Assembly (NCBI GenBank): GCA_026713145.1
Contig: JAPOPA010000333.1
Span: forward strand, 1-54,925
Direction of reading: 5' to 3'
Origin: Chloroflexota bacterium
GTDB taxonomy: Bacteria; Chloroflexota; Dehalococcoidia; Lucifugimonadales; VXLM01
DNA: 54,925 nucleotides
Both the position numbers and the translations under genes were made by a program. Position 1 is the first letter of the stretch; each line of letters opens with the position of its first letter. Of the stretch, positions 38,813 to 48,879 are shown piece by piece. Under the pieces are notes generated by a model. The model did not search any database. It was given only the letters and a program-made list of their open reading frames with translations, and was not told where the DNA came from.

Positions 38813-39157
38813 GTGGCCACAAGCGCTACGACGACAAACACCGGTTACTCGGTCAAGAAGGTAAAGCGAGTCCTGGATCTAGTGCGAGGCCGCTCCGTTG
38901 AGGAGGCGCTCAATATTCTCGATTTCACTCAGTCGCCTATAGCGGCACAGGTGGCGAAGGTGGTCAGGTCGGCCTCCGCCAATGCCGAGAATGACTCGAC
39001 CGGCGGCGATCCGTCGAACATGCGTATCGTTGAGACATATGCAAATATGGCCCCCAAGCTCCTTCGGTTTAAAGCGAGAGCGAGGGGACGAGGAACAAGG
39101 ATCATTCGGAGAAGTAGCCACATAACGGTCGTCATTGACGAGGAGGAAGGCGTCTAG
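38813..39157 (+). CDS. rplV: 50S ribosomal protein L22
   Basis: GTG start. KKVKRVLDLVRGRSVEEALNILDF...RFKARARGRGTRIIRRSSHITVV is a typical L22. Confidence 0.95.
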   Translation: MATSATTTNTGYSVKKVKRVLDLVRGRSVEEALNILDFTQSPIAAQVAKVVRSASANAENDSTGGDPSNMRIVETYANMAPKLLRFKARARGRGTRIIRRSSHITVVIDEEEGV

Positions 39158-39158
39158 C

Positions 39159-39941
39159 GTGGGAAACAAAACACACCCCATAGGGTTCCGCCTCGGAATC
39201 GTGAAAGACTGGCAGACTCGATGGTTTGCCGCCAAGCAAAAGGACTACCGTGCCCTCGTCAAAGAGGACATTGCCATCCGCAATATCGTGATGGAAGGCA
39301 ACGCGGACGCCGGCATCTCCCGGGTGGAGATCGAACGCGGCACGAACGAACTCGTCGTTACGGCTCACACGGCTCGTCCCGGCATCGTGATCGGGCGCGG
39401 CGGTGCGAAGGTCGACGAGATGCGCAAGGAGCTTGAGCGCCTGACCAGTGGCCGGGTCCGTCTGAACGTGCAGGAGATTCGCCAGCCCGAACTCGACGCG
39501 TTTCTGGTCGCGCGCAACATTGCCGACCAGTTGGAGCGCCGCATCGCCTTCCGGCGGGCGATTCGCCAGGCCATGAACAGGACGATGCAGGCAGGAGCGC
39601 AGGGGATTAAAGTGATCGCTTCCGGTCGGCTCGCCGGCGCGGACATCGCCCGCGCGGAGAAGGCGATGGAAGGGCGCGTGCCGCTCCATACGCTTAGGGC
39701 CGACATCGATTTCGATATCGCCGAGGCCGCAACCGACTTCGGTCGTATCGGTGTCAAGGTCTGGTTATTCAAGGGTGAGATTCTCCCGAAGCCGAAACCG
39801 CAGGTGGTCGACATTGAGGAAATGTCGCCGATTCAGGTAACAGTTCGGGCCGATCAGGAAATCCGGCCTGCTGAATCGCCGGCTCCCGCCGAGGCAGTAA
39901 CAACAGAGGAAACTACCGATGCTACAACCCAAGAGAGTTAA
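39159..39941 (+). CDS. rpsC: 30S ribosomal protein S3
   Basis: Start set to the GTG at 39159: [24 protein letters not shown]..., KH-domain and [12 protein letters not shown] motifs. Variable Pro/Thr/Glu-rich C-terminal tail. Confidence 0.95.
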   Translation: MGNKTHPIGFRLGIVKDWQTRWFAAKQKDYRALVKEDIAIRNIVMEGNADAGISRVEIERGTNELVVTAHTARPGIVIGRGGAKVDEMRKELERLTSGRVRLNVQEIRQPELDAFLVARNIADQLERRIAFRRAIRQAMNRTMQAGAQGIKVIASGRLAGADIARAEKAMEGRVPLHTLRADIDFDIAEAATDFGRIGVKVWLFKGEILPKPKPQVVDIEEMSPIQVTVRADQEIRPAESPAPAEAVTTEETTDATTQES

Positions 39942-40338
39942 GTATCGAAATAAACAGCGCGGTCGGATGAACGGTATCTCCGTTCAGGGCAGCCGCCTAA
40001 ACTTCGGCGACGTCGGACTGAAGGCCACGGAACCCGCTTGGGTGACATCCCGGCAGATCGAGGCCGCTCGGCGTGTACTCACTCGCTACACGCGGCGTGG
40101 TGGCAAGCTGTGGATCCGCATATTCCCCGACAAGTCGGTCACTGCCCGCGCTGCCGAGACTCGTATGGGGAGTGGCAAGGGTGCCGTCGACCATTGGGTC
40201 GCGGTCGTAAAGCCGGGACGAATGATCTTTGAGTTGGCCGGAGTGCCGGAATCGGAAGCCAAGGCGGCCATGAAGCTGGCCTCCGCGAAACTGCCGATGG
40301 GCACGCGAGTCGTCGCTGCCAGCGAGATCGGCCAGTAG
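39919..40338 (+). CDS. rplP: 50S ribosomal protein L16
   Basis: [17 protein letters not shown]...[24 protein letters not shown] is a typical L16. Confidence 0.97.
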   Translation: MLQPKRVKYRNKQRGRMNGISVQGSRLNFGDVGLKATEPAWVTSRQIEAARRVLTRYTRRGGKLWIRIFPDKSVTARAAETRMGSGKGAVDHWVAVVKPGRMIFELAGVPESEAKAAMKLASAKLPMGTRVVAASEIGQ

Positions 40339-40370
40339 GCAATCCCACGGAATCAGAGTAAGGCAAAGAT

Positions 40371-40577
40371 ATGGCGGAAATGGACGACCTTAGAGGCCTC
40401 AGCGACCCGGACCTGGCCGAAGAGTTGGACAACTCCCAACGGGCGTTGATGAATCTTCGGTTCCGGTCGGCGACGATGCAGCTTGCCGACGCACATGCGA
40501 TTCGCAAGGCGCGCAGACGCATCGCGCGCATTTACACGATTATTCGGGAAAGGGAACTGGCTCTGACAACGCAATGA
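40371..40577 (+). CDS. rpmC: 50S ribosomal protein L29
   Basis: 68 aa, LSDPDLAEELDNSQRALMNLRFRSATMQL. Position between rplP and rpsQ. Confidence 0.95.
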   Translation: MAEMDDLRGLSDPDLAEELDNSQRALMNLRFRSATMQLADAHAIRKARRRIARIYTIIRERELALTTQ

Positions 40578-41407
40578 GCTATCAACGACGTAAAGTAAGG
40601 GTAGGTAGAGTCGTAGGCGACAAGATGGACAAGACGTGCATCGTCGAGGTGGAGTGGCGCAGCTTCCACAGGAGATACAAGAAGTCTATCCGTCGCCGCT
40701 CACGCTTCAAGGCCCACGATGAGAAGAACACGGCCCAGCTCGGCGACACGGTGACGATTATTGAAAGTCGCCCGACATCCAAGACCAAGCGTTGGCGACT
40801 GGTCAATATCGTCGATCGCCAGGAGTTTGTCGAACTCCCGCCTATGGATATCGTACCCGCTGATGAGGTCGAGACCCCTATGCCGGCGCTGGTTATCGAA
40901 GAGGTGGTTTCTCGGGAAGAGGAGACTCCGGTCGAGGTAGTTGCTGACGACGCCCCGGATGTACCCGAAGCGGGAATCGACGACGAATCCGCCGAAGGTG
41001 ATGAAGGCGACGAGGAGATGGCGGAGTCCGAAGCGGTGGAGGTCGATGCGGCTGAGAGCGCCGAAGTCGAAGACACTCCGGCTGATGAGACGTCCGAGCC
41101 TGAAGACAATTTAGAAGAGACGGCAGAGAGTAGCGACAAAGAGGATACTCCCGTCGGTGAAGAGTCTGAGGCTGAAGAGGCGCTGGAGGGCGCGGACGAC
41201 GATGAGGAGACCCCGCCCGAGGAACCATCCGAACCTGAGGCCGCAGTAGATACCATAAACGATGGTGACGCCCCCGCCCAGGAGGAAGAGGAAGAACCTG
41301 AAGTTGAGCCTGCCGAGACTCCGGAGAGCGGCGCGGAAGCGGAGACCCCTGTAGACGAGAGTGAACCAGTGGACGAGAATGCTGACGAGGAGAAGTCGCG
41401 ACCATGA
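40574..41407 (+). CDS. rpsQ: 30S ribosomal protein S17 fused to a ~190-residue hyper-acidic C-terminal extension
   Basis: Residues 1-85 are a normal S17 ([23 protein letters not shown]...[29 protein letters not shown]). The frame stays open for 192 more codons rich in E/D/A/P/T. ATGA overlaps at both ends (rpmC, rplN). Confidence 0.9.
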   Translation: MSYQRRKVRVGRVVGDKMDKTCIVEVEWRSFHRRYKKSIRRRSRFKAHDEKNTAQLGDTVTIIESRPTSKTKRWRLVNIVDRQEFVELPPMDIVPADEVETPMPALVIEEVVSREEETPVEVVADDAPDVPEAGIDDESAEGDEGDEEMAESEAVEVDAAESAEVEDTPADETSEPEDNLEETAESSDKEDTPVGEESEAEEALEGADDDEETPPEEPSEPEAAVDTINDGDAPAQEEEEEPEVEPAETPESGAEAETPVDESEPVDENADEEKSRP

Positions 41408-41772
41408 TTCAGATTTATTCCAGGGTCAAGGTCGCGGACAATTCCGGCGCGAAGACCATTAGCTGCATCGGCGTGCCGGGCGGGAGCGGACGCAAGTACG
41501 CGGGTCTCGGCGACATCATCGTCGCCTCCGTGAAGGAGGCCGCTCCTGCATCGCCCGTAAGAGAAGGCGAGGTCGTGCGCGCGGTCATCGTCAGGCTCAC
41601 CAAGCCGACTCGGCGACCCGACGGTTCCCACATCCGCTTCGACGAAAACGCTGCGGTCATTATCGGTGAGAACCAGATGCCGCGTGGAACGCGCATATTT
41701 GGTCCCGTCGCCCGAGAGCTTCGTGAGCAGAACTTCATGCGTATCGTATCGCTGGCTCCGGAGGTGCTGTAA
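41404..41772 (+). CDS. rplN: 50S ribosomal protein L14
   Basis: [17 protein letters not shown]...[11 protein letters not shown]...[13 protein letters not shown] is a typical L14. Confidence 0.97.
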   Translation: MIQIYSRVKVADNSGAKTISCIGVPGGSGRKYAGLGDIIVASVKEAAPASPVREGEVVRAVIVRLTKPTRRPDGSHIRFDENAAVIIGENQMPRGTRIFGPVARELREQNFMRIVSLAPEVL

Positions 41773-41773
41773 C

Positions 41774-42085
41774 GTGAGACTGCGAGTTGACGATACGGTC
41801 CTGATTACCCGGGGGAAAGACCGGGGCAAGACGGGCCAGATACAGCAAATATTCGAAAAGCAAAACAAGGTGCTCGTCGAAGGCATAAACGTCGTTTCGA
41901 GACACACAAAGGCGACGGGGAACATTCGACAGGCCGGAATTGTGCAAAAGGAACTGCCGGTCCCGGTAGCCAATGTTCGTCTCATCTGCCCGCATAGCAG
42001 CAAGCCGGTAAGAGTCGGGTACACAAGGCTGGCGGACGGCGCAAAGGCGAGAGTCTGCAAAGAGTGCAAGGAAGTAATCGAGTGA
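41774..42085 (+). CDS. rplX: 50S ribosomal protein L24
   Basis: Start set to the GTG at 41774: VRLRVDDTVLITRGKDRGKTGQI (KOW motif). Confidence 0.93.
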   Translation: MRLRVDDTVLITRGKDRGKTGQIQQIFEKQNKVLVEGINVVSRHTKATGNIRQAGIVQKELPVPVANVRLICPHSSKPVRVGYTRLADGAKARVCKECKEVIE

Positions 42086-42753
42086 CCACCAAGAAGAGCG
42101 GTTCACAAGGCAGGGGCGGATCAGGCCGCGGAAGGCAACGCTCCAAGAAGACGGAACAGGCGCCGGAGCCGACAGGACCGATGGGGCCTCCGCGACTACT
42201 TGTTACCTTCCGGGACGAGATTGCGCCTCAGTTGTTCAAGGAGTTCGAGTACACGAGCGCCATGCAGGTCCCGCGTCTCGAAAAAATCATCGTAAATATC
42301 GGAATTGGCGCCGAGGCAATAGCCAATCGGAACGCCATCGAGGCGGCCACCCGCGACTTAGTCGCTATCACCGGCCAGCACCCGGTCACGACGTTGGCTC
42401 GGAAGTCGATTGCGGGATTCAAGATTCGTGAAGGAATGCCAATGGGGCTCAAGGTCACGCTCCGAGGCCGGCGCATGTACGAGTTCTTCGACCGGTTCGT
42501 CAGCTCGTCGCTCCCACGCATTCGAGACTTTCGCGGACTATCGCGGAACGCCTTCGACGGACGCGGCAACTACGCGGTCGGCATCAGGGAGCAAGTGATC
42601 TTCCCCGAGATCGACTACAACTCCATCGACCGCCTCCGAGGATTGCAGGTGGTCATCACCACTTCGGCGGTCTCCGATCGCGAGGGGTTCCGACTGCTCG
42701 AACTGTTGGGTATGCCCTTCGCGCAGACAGAGTCGGACACACTGGCCGCCTAG
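42082..42753 (+). CDS. rplE: 50S ribosomal protein L5 (start uncertain: GTG 42082 with basic N-terminal extension, or ATG 42181)
   Basis: Core FEYTSAMQVPRLEKIIVNIG ... RGNYAVGIREQVIFPEI is a typical L5. The GTG at 42082 overlaps the rplX stop (GTGA) and has AAGGAAG upstream. Confidence 0.9.
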   Translation: MTTKKSGSQGRGGSGRGRQRSKKTEQAPEPTGPMGPPRLLVTFRDEIAPQLFKEFEYTSAMQVPRLEKIIVNIGIGAEAIANRNAIEAATRDLVAITGQHPVTTLARKSIAGFKIREGMPMGLKVTLRGRRMYEFFDRFVSSSLPRIRDFRGLSRNAFDGRGNYAVGIREQVIFPEIDYNSIDRLRGLQVVITTSAVSDREGFRLLELLGMPFAQTESDTLAA

Positions 42754-42779
42754 GATAAAGGGAAGCAGGGAGAGAAGGA

Positions 42780-43181
42780 ATGTCGGTCACCGATCCTATA
42801 GCAGACATGCTCACGCGAATCCGTAACTCAATCATGGTGCGGCACGATTCTGTGTCTATACCCTTGTCGAACATGAAACGGAGCATTGCCCAAATACTCA
42901 AGGACGAGGGCTTCATCGAGGACTTTGAGGTGAACTCCGGCGTCAACACGCAGGGTGAAATCAAGGTGTATCTACACTACCGGGACAGGGACGAGCCGGC
43001 CATCTCCGGTCTGAAGCGTGTCAGCCGTCCCGGCCTTCGTGTCTACGTTGAAAAGGGCGAGATCCCTCGCTACTATGGGGGACTGGGAGTGTCTATCCTC
43101 TCTACCTCGAAGGGCGTTATGACCGGCAAGCGCGCCTGGCGTGAAGGCGTCGGCGGCGAGCTCTTGTGCTACGTCTGGTAG
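42780..43181 (+). CDS. rpsH: 30S ribosomal protein S8
   Basis: [20 protein letters not shown]...[13 protein letters not shown]...GGELLCYVW is a typical S8. Confidence 0.97.
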   Translation: MSVTDPIADMLTRIRNSIMVRHDSVSIPLSNMKRSIAQILKDEGFIEDFEVNSGVNTQGEIKVYLHYRDRDEPAISGLKRVSRPGLRVYVEKGEIPRYYGGLGVSILSTSKGVMTGKRAWREGVGGELLCYVW

Positions 43182-43214
43182 AGAGCGAACAGGACTGACA
43201 GGGAGCATCGAGGA

Positions 43215-43760
43215 ATGTCGAGAATAGGAAAACAGCCTGTCCAGGTACCATCGGGCGTCAATGTTGACATCGATGGGCGGACGGTAACGGTTAAGGGGCC
43301 GAAGGGTACCCTGACCGACACGTTCCACGCCGACATGGCGGTCAAGACCGACAACGGCGCGGTCACCGTCGAGCGGCCTTCTGACGCCGGTGAACACAAG
43401 GCGCTGCACGGCCTCACTCGGAACCTGATAGCGAATATGGTGACGGGCGTCTCCGAAGGTTACGCACGGTCGCTGGAACTGGTGGGCGTCGGCTATCGCG
43501 TGCAGCAGAGCGGCAAGGGCATCAAACTCAGCGTCATGCTCAGCCACGAGGTGGACTATCAGCCGCAGGACGGCATTTCGATCGCCGTCGAGGGCAACAA
43601 TCTCATTCATGTTTCAGGCATCAGCAAGCAAGCGGTCGGCCAGACCGCTGCCGAGATCAGAAAGGTCCGGCCCCCGAGCGTATATACGGGCAAGGGCATC
43701 CGCTATCGGGGCGAGCAGGTCCGCTTGAAGCCGGGCAAGAGCGCCAGGAGGGTTGTGTAA
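43215..43760 (+). CDS. rplF: 50S ribosomal protein L6
   Basis: [33 protein letters not shown] is a typical L6. Confidence 0.97.
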   Translation: MSRIGKQPVQVPSGVNVDIDGRTVTVKGPKGTLTDTFHADMAVKTDNGAVTVERPSDAGEHKALHGLTRNLIANMVTGVSEGYARSLELVGVGYRVQQSGKGIKLSVMLSHEVDYQPQDGISIAVEGNNLIHVSGISKQAVGQTAAEIRKVRPPSVYTGKGIRYRGEQVRLKPGKSARRVV

Positions 43761-43764
43761 GGAC

Positions 43765-44130
43765 ATGGGACGCAAGACTGCATACTCGCGTCGAATAGCG
43801 CGCCATACTCGCGTTCGTCAAAACTTGGGCGGAACGGCGGAACGGCCTCGCTTGGCGGTTTTTCGCAGCTTGAATCACATCTACGCTCAGGTTATCGACG
43901 ATGTGGCAGGCGTGACCCTGGCCGCGGCCGGAAGCACAGAGTCCGACGTCCGATCGCAAGTAGACGGCGAGCCGAAGGCCGCTGTATCGGCAATGGTCGG
44001 TACGCTCGTCGCGCAGCGTGCGGTGGAGATAGGTGTCGGAACAGTCGTCTTCGACCGGGGCGGCTACAAGTATCACGGACGGGTAAAGGCGCTTGCAGAT
44101 GCAGCGCGCAAGGGAGGTCTTTCTTTCTAG
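43765..44130 (+). CDS. rplR: 50S ribosomal protein L18
   Basis: [34 protein letters not shown]...[24 protein letters not shown]. Start is either the ATG at 43765 or the TTG at 43753. Confidence 0.93.
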   Translation: MGRKTAYSRRIARHTRVRQNLGGTAERPRLAVFRSLNHIYAQVIDDVAGVTLAAAGSTESDVRSQVDGEPKAAVSAMVGTLVAQRAVEIGVGTVVFDRGGYKYHGRVKALADAARKGGLSF

Positions 44131-44131
44131 A

Positions 44132-44734
44132 ATGGTCAGCAGAGGCCGACGATCCGACAGATTTGAAGAAGAAGACTCGGACGGCATTCAGAGCCGAACC
44201 GTCAACATATCCCGCGTTTCCAAGACCGTAAAAGGCGGACGCAACCTGAGCTTCAGCGCCGTGGTTGTCGTCGGGGACGGCAACGGGAGTGTTGGCATCG
44301 GGCAAGGCAAGGCTAGCGCTGTGCCGGATGCCATCCGAAAAGGGGAGACGAGGGCGCGGAGCAGTATGGTGCAAGTGCCTCTCAGCGGTAGTACCATCCC
44401 ACACGACATCCTCTCGCGCTATGGCGCGTCCGAGGTCATGATGCGGCCTGCCAGGCCCGGCACCGGAGTCATCGCGGGCGGGGCCGTTCGCGCCGTCGTC
44501 GAGCTAGCGGGCGTCAAAGATATCGTGACTAAGGCCAGGCGAAGCACCAACCCGATCAACACAGTCAAGGCGGCCTTTCATGGGCTTCAGATGCTCAAGG
44601 AACCGAAGGTTGAGATGGAAAAGCGACAGCAGTTGATTGAGGCGCCTCCGCAGCCGCGGAGACGCGATCGGCAGCGCCGTCGCCCGCCACGGCTGGAACC
44701 TCGACCGAGGAACCCGGACGGTGAAAGGCACTAG
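44132..44734 (+). CDS. rpsE: 30S ribosomal protein S5 with Arg/Pro-rich C-terminal tail
   Basis: Start at the ATG at 44132, right after the rplR stop. [38 protein letters not shown] is a typical S5. Confidence 0.94.
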   Translation: MVSRGRRSDRFEEEDSDGIQSRTVNISRVSKTVKGGRNLSFSAVVVVGDGNGSVGIGQGKASAVPDAIRKGETRARSSMVQVPLSGSTIPHDILSRYGASEVMMRPARPGTGVIAGGAVRAVVELAGVKDIVTKARRSTNPINTVKAAFHGLQMLKEPKVEMEKRQQLIEAPPQPRRRDRQRRRPPRLEPRPRNPDGERH

Positions 44735-44774
44735 CGTTTTCCCACAACGTAATTCCCTCTACGTAGAACAAGAA

Positions 44775-44957
44775 ATGTCAAAAGTAACAATAACCTGGAA
44801 GAAAAGCGACATCGGCTATCCGAAAGACCAGGGCCGCACCATCGCAGCCCTGGGACTGCGCCGGCTCAATCGGACCGTCGAGCATGAGGACACGCCGGCC
44901 ATCCGCGGTATGATCTTCAAAGTGCGCCATCTGGTCGAAGTAAAGGAAATTGCGTAG
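44775..44957 (+). CDS. rpmD: 50S ribosomal protein L30
   Basis: 60 aa from the ATG at 44775: [47 protein letters not shown]. Confidence 0.93.
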   Translation: MSKVTITWKKSDIGYPKDQGRTIAALGLRRLNRTVEHEDTPAIRGMIFKVRHLVEVKEIA

Positions 44958-45001
44958 TCGGTACTACGCACTACTTTCTACTCACTACGGAATTCAGAAT
45001 T

Positions 45002-45448
45002 ATGCAACAACACCAGCTACGTCCCCCGAAGGGCGCGAAGAAGAATCGAAGGCGCAAGGGCCGTGGAGACGGCAGCGGGCGGGGTACCTACTCCGGCCGT
45101 GGCCTCAAAGGGCAAAACTCCCGAAGCGGTGGAGGCGTGCGCCCCGGCTTTGAGGGAGGCCAGCAGCGCCTCATCAAGGGAATGCCGATGCTTCGCGGCT
45201 TCACCAATATATTCCGGACGGAATACACCGTCGTCAATGTCGATACCATCGCCGGTCTGGCGAGTGATGGAGAGATCACTCCCGAGAGCCTGGTTGAGGC
45301 GGGCGTCATCAAGAACCTGAAGAAACCGATCAAAGTACTCGGCGACGGCGAGATAACCGTCTCAGTACAAGTTGCCGCACACCGATTTTCCCGCTCAGCT
45401 AGAGAGAAAATCGAGGCGGCGGGTGGTAGCATTCGGGAGGTAGCCTAG
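45002..45448 (+). CDS. rplO: 50S ribosomal protein L15
   Basis: LRPPKGAKKNRRRKGRGDGSGRGTYSGRGLKGQNSRSGGGVRPGFEGGQ is a typical L15. Confidence 0.97.
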   Translation: MQQHQLRPPKGAKKNRRRKGRGDGSGRGTYSGRGLKGQNSRSGGGVRPGFEGGQQRLIKGMPMLRGFTNIFRTEYTVVNVDTIAGLASDGEITPESLVEAGVIKNLKKPIKVLGDGEITVSVQVAAHRFSRSAREKIEAAGGSIREVA

Positions 45449-46788
45449 TGCGCCAGTCCCAGGCGGGCAGAGCCACCCAGGACGTAGGCCAGCCGCAGCT
45501 CATCCAGGCCATGGTCGAGGCCATGCGTATCCCGGATCTTCGGGCGAAGATCCTGTTTACTCTGGCCATGCTGGTCGTCTTCCGGTTCGTGGCCCACGTC
45601 CCCATTCCGGGCGTCGACGTGCAGGCCCTTTCCCAAGCGTTCGCTCAGAACGCCTTGCTACCGTTCCTCGATCTGTTCAGCGGAGGCGCGCTCTCTAACT
45701 TGAGCGTCGCGGCTCTCGGCGTCTATCCCTACATCACCTCCTCAATCGTGATGCAGATTCTCACGCCAGTCGTCCCGCAGCTCAAGGCCCTTTCTCAAGA
45801 GGGTGAATTCGGACGGCAGCGAATCAACCAGTTCACGCACTACTTGGCGGTGCCCATCGCGATCTTCCAGGGATTTGGCCAACTGAGCCTTCTCCAGCAG
45901 TCCGGTGTCCTGCCACAGGTCAGTCTCGGACTAAACCTCACGACCCTCGCGATGATCTCATCCATGGTCGCAGGCACCATGTTCCTGGTGTGGCTCGGCG
46001 AACTGATTACCGAGAAGGGAATCGGCAACGGCGTGTCGCTTATTATCTTCGGTGGTATCGTCGCCCAGTTCCCGCAGCAGATCGGGCAGGGATTCCTTGA
46101 GAGCGACGAGGGCGCCGGTCTTCTCATGCTGGTAATCCTTGGATTTGCCACGATCTACACGATCGTGCTGTTCAACGAGGCCCAGCGGCGGATCCCCGTG
46201 CAGTATGGCCGGAGTGTCTTCCGCGGCGGGCGGATGCAGAGGCAGAGTGGATCGACCTTCCTGCCCCTCCGCGTCAACTCGGCGGGCATGATCCCGCTTA
46301 TCTTCTCGTTCTCCATTATCATCCTGCCCGTTACCGTGGCGAGCTACTTCCAGGATCCCTTGAGCAACAGCATCATCATCCGGGGCATTCAATCCTTCGC
46401 CGACGCGATGGATCCAACTCGTTTCCCATACTGGCTCGCGGTGTTCTTCCTGACGCTCGGATTCACGTTCTTTTATACCCTCGTCATTTTCCAGCAACAG
46501 AACCTGGCCGAGAACCTGCAGAAGAACGGCGGGTTCATTCCCGGCATCAGACCGGGACAACCCACCCAGGAATATCTCAACCGCGTGATCATTCGAATTA
46601 CGTGGGGTGGGGCACTCTTCCTGGCTACAGTCGCGGTGCTTCCGTTCGCATTTCAGATTATCACCGATGTCCGCGCCCTCACCCTGAGCAGCACCAGTCT
46701 GCTCATTATGGTCGGCGTGGCCCTCGATACCATGCGCCAGCTCGAAGCCCAGCTTCTCATGCGCAACTACGAAGGATTCTTGAGATAG
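45448..46788 (+). CDS. secY: preprotein translocase subunit SecY
   Basis: DLRAKILFTLAMLVVFRFVAHVPIPGVD, GVYPYITSSIVMQIL, LGELITEKGIGNGVSLIIF. Ten-TM layout. Start is the GTG at 45448 or the ATG at 45511. Confidence 0.95.
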   Translation: MRQSQAGRATQDVGQPQLIQAMVEAMRIPDLRAKILFTLAMLVVFRFVAHVPIPGVDVQALSQAFAQNALLPFLDLFSGGALSNLSVAALGVYPYITSSIVMQILTPVVPQLKALSQEGEFGRQRINQFTHYLAVPIAIFQGFGQLSLLQQSGVLPQVSLGLNLTTLAMISSMVAGTMFLVWLGELITEKGIGNGVSLIIFGGIVAQFPQQIGQGFLESDEGAGLLMLVILGFATIYTIVLFNEAQRRIPVQYGRSVFRGGRMQRQSGSTFLPLRVNSAGMIPLIFSFSIIILPVTVASYFQDPLSNSIIIRGIQSFADAMDPTRFPYWLAVFFLTLGFTFFYTLVIFQQQNLAENLQKNGGFIPGIRPGQPTQEYLNRVIIRITWGGALFLATVAVLPFAFQIITDVRALTLSSTSLLIMVGVALDTMRQLEAQLLMRNYEGFLR

Positions 46789-46860
46789 GGAGGAGAGACG
46801 GACGACGTACTGCGGAGGAGTGAGGCGTTCGGAGGACCGACTAGCCCGGTACGCGCAACG

Positions 46861-47523
46861 TTGGATAGCTGGACTTTGAAAGTCGTACTACTGGGGCCGC
46901 CCGGGGCCGGAAAGGGAACGCAGGCGGCGCGAATCGCCGAATACCTGGATGTGCCGTCGGTGGCATCCGGAGACCTGTTCCGAGACCACCAGAAGCGCGA
47001 TACGGAGTTGGGAAGGCTTGCCCGCTCGTACATGCAGCGGGGCGTTTTGGTCCCAGACGAGGTGACCATAAGCATGGTTACCGAGTGGATCGAGACCGAG
47101 GCCGGGACAGGTGGGTTCCTGCTTGATGGGTTCCCTCGGACCCTCGGCCAGGCCGAAGCCCTCGACGGAGCGCTCTCGAACACCGATGGCCTCGACCGCG
47201 TCTTGTACATTCGCGTTTCGAATGACGAGCTCGTACGCAGGCTCACTGGAAGACTCGTCTGCCGGGGCTGCGGAGCGACCTTTCATCGAGTCTCGAATCC
47301 ACCCCCGGCGCACGGAGCGTGTGAGGATTGCGGTGGCGAATTGTATGAGAGGGAAGACGACCGTCCTGAGGCGGTGGGCAAGCGCCTGGAAGTGTATTTT
47401 TCGGAGACCGCCCCGCTGATTGACTATTACCGAGAAGCGGGCATTTTGAGAGAGGTTGACGGGGAGCAGTCCATCGACGAGGTTGGACGAGTATTGATCG
47501 GAGAAATCGGAAGCGGGTCCTGA
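46861..47523 (+). CDS. adk: adenylate kinase (zinc-lid type)
   Basis: P-loop VVLLGPPGAGKGTQ, LID with CRGCG...CEDCGG. Start is uncertain (TTG 46861 or TTG 46876). Confidence 0.93.
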   Translation: MDSWTLKVVLLGPPGAGKGTQAARIAEYLDVPSVASGDLFRDHQKRDTELGRLARSYMQRGVLVPDEVTISMVTEWIETEAGTGGFLLDGFPRTLGQAEALDGALSNTDGLDRVLYIRVSNDELVRRLTGRLVCRGCGATFHRVSNPPPAHGACEDCGGELYEREDDRPEAVGKRLEVYFSETAPLIDYYREAGILREVDGEQSIDEVGRVLIGEIGSGS

Positions 47524-47641
47524 GCCTCCAAAGGGAAGGCTCGGAAGGAACGGATCCAGTGAAGCCCTGTGGTACCATAGAAAGGTTGCAGGGTTCACGG
47601 AGACGATTGAAGAAGGAGCAACTATCAATCAGACGGCGACA

Positions 47642-48406
47642 GTGGGAATGCCACGAGCGAATGGCATCACGATTAAGTCCGCTCGAGAGTTGGACTACAT
47701 GCGTGAGGCCGGTCGTGTGGCGTCCCTTACGAAGGAGGTCCTGAAGGACGCGATCCGACCGGGAGTAACTTCCCGGGAGTTGGACGCTATTGCCGAGCGG
47801 GAAATCCGCTCGCTTGGGGCCATCCCGTCATTCAAGGGACTATACGGCTTCCCCGCTACGATCTGCTCTTCGTTCAACGAAGAGATCGTCCATGGTATAC
47901 CGTCGAGACGGAGGTTGGAGGAAGGGGACATCATAAGCATAGACCTCGGAGCCGTCGTTAACGGGTTCCACAGCGACACGGCCTTCACGGTCGGTGTGGG
48001 ACGGATAGACGAGGACTCGCAGCAGTTGATCGACGCCACAGAGGAGTCACTCCGTTTAGCGGTTGAGCAGACAAAGGCCGGAAACCGGGTCGGCGATATC
48101 GGGGCTGCCGTGCAGACCTATGCCGAAGCCCGCGGCTACGGCGTCGTTCGACAGTACGTCGGACACGGAATCGGACGAGCGCTGCACGAAGACCCCAGCG
48201 TACCGAACTACGGGACGCCGGGTCGCGGCGCGCAGATCCGCGTAGGAATGACGGTGGCCATCGAGCCGATGCTCAATTTGGGCACATGGGATACGAGAGT
48301 CTTGGACGACGGATGGACCGTCGTGACCGCCGACGGCAGTCGCTCTGCCCATTTCGAGGATACCGTAGCGGTAACGGAAAACGGACCCGAAGTCCTGACA
48401 GCATAG
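47642..48406 (+). CDS. map: methionine aminopeptidase, type I
   Basis: [18 protein letters not shown]..., [40 protein letters not shown] is a typical MAP1. Exact start is uncertain (GTG 47642 or ATG 47648). Confidence 0.94.
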   Translation: MGMPRANGITIKSARELDYMREAGRVASLTKEVLKDAIRPGVTSRELDAIAEREIRSLGAIPSFKGLYGFPATICSSFNEEIVHGIPSRRRLEEGDIISIDLGAVVNGFHSDTAFTVGVGRIDEDSQQLIDATEESLRLAVEQTKAGNRVGDIGAAVQTYAEARGYGVVRQYVGHGIGRALHEDPSVPNYGTPGRGAQIRVGMTVAIEPMLNLGTWDTRVLDDGWTVVTADGSRSAHFEDTVAVTENGPEVLTA

Positions 48407-48413
48407 AGGGGAC

Positions 48414-48656
48414 ATGCCGAAGAAGAATCAGAGTGGAGGGAAGAAAGAGGCGATAGCGGTCGAGGGCCGCGTCACCGAGTCGCTGCGCAATGCGACGTTC
48501 CGCGTCGAGCTTGCGAATGGGCACGAGGTGATGGCGTATCTGTCCGGCAAGATCAAGATGAACTACATTCGCGTCCTGCCGGGTGACCGCGTGCTGGTGG
48601 AACTCTCACCCTACGACTTGGGGAGGGGACGGATCACCTACCGCTTCGCCAATTGA
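48414..48656 (+). CDS. infA: translation initiation factor IF-1
   Basis: [64 protein letters not shown]. Confidence 0.97.
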   Translation: MPKKNQSGGKKEAIAVEGRVTESLRNATFRVELANGHEVMAYLSGKIKMNYIRVLPGDRVLVELSPYDLGRGRITYRFAN

Positions 48657-48756
48657 ACCCGGAAAGGCGCCACTAGCTGCATCAGGTGCAGCAGCGCCCG
48701 TCGCTTTAAAGACAGGGCGTTTGGTCGTCGTGACGCGCGGATTAGGAAGTGCAAAT

Positions 48757-48870
48757 ATGAAAGTATCCACATCGGTCAAAAAGAGGTGCGCCAACTGTCG
48801 GGTCATCCGACGGCGTGGCAGAGTCATGATCATATGCAGCAACCTGCGCCACAAGCAGCGGCAGGGCTAG
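48757..48870 (+). CDS. rpmJ: 50S ribosomal protein L36
   Basis: 37 aa from the ATG at 48757: [46 protein letters not shown]. Confidence 0.95.
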   Translation: MKVSTSVKKRCANCRVIRRRGRVMIICSNLRHKQRQG

Positions 48871-48879
48871 GAGACGAAT

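Noticed and set aside
40582-42069. 495-aa minus-strand ORF (Ser-rich) spanning rpsQ, rplN and rplX
   Set aside because: It is antisense to three unmistakable ribosomal protein genes. It is open only because the GAN-rich acidic tail and GC-rich codons lack antisense stops.
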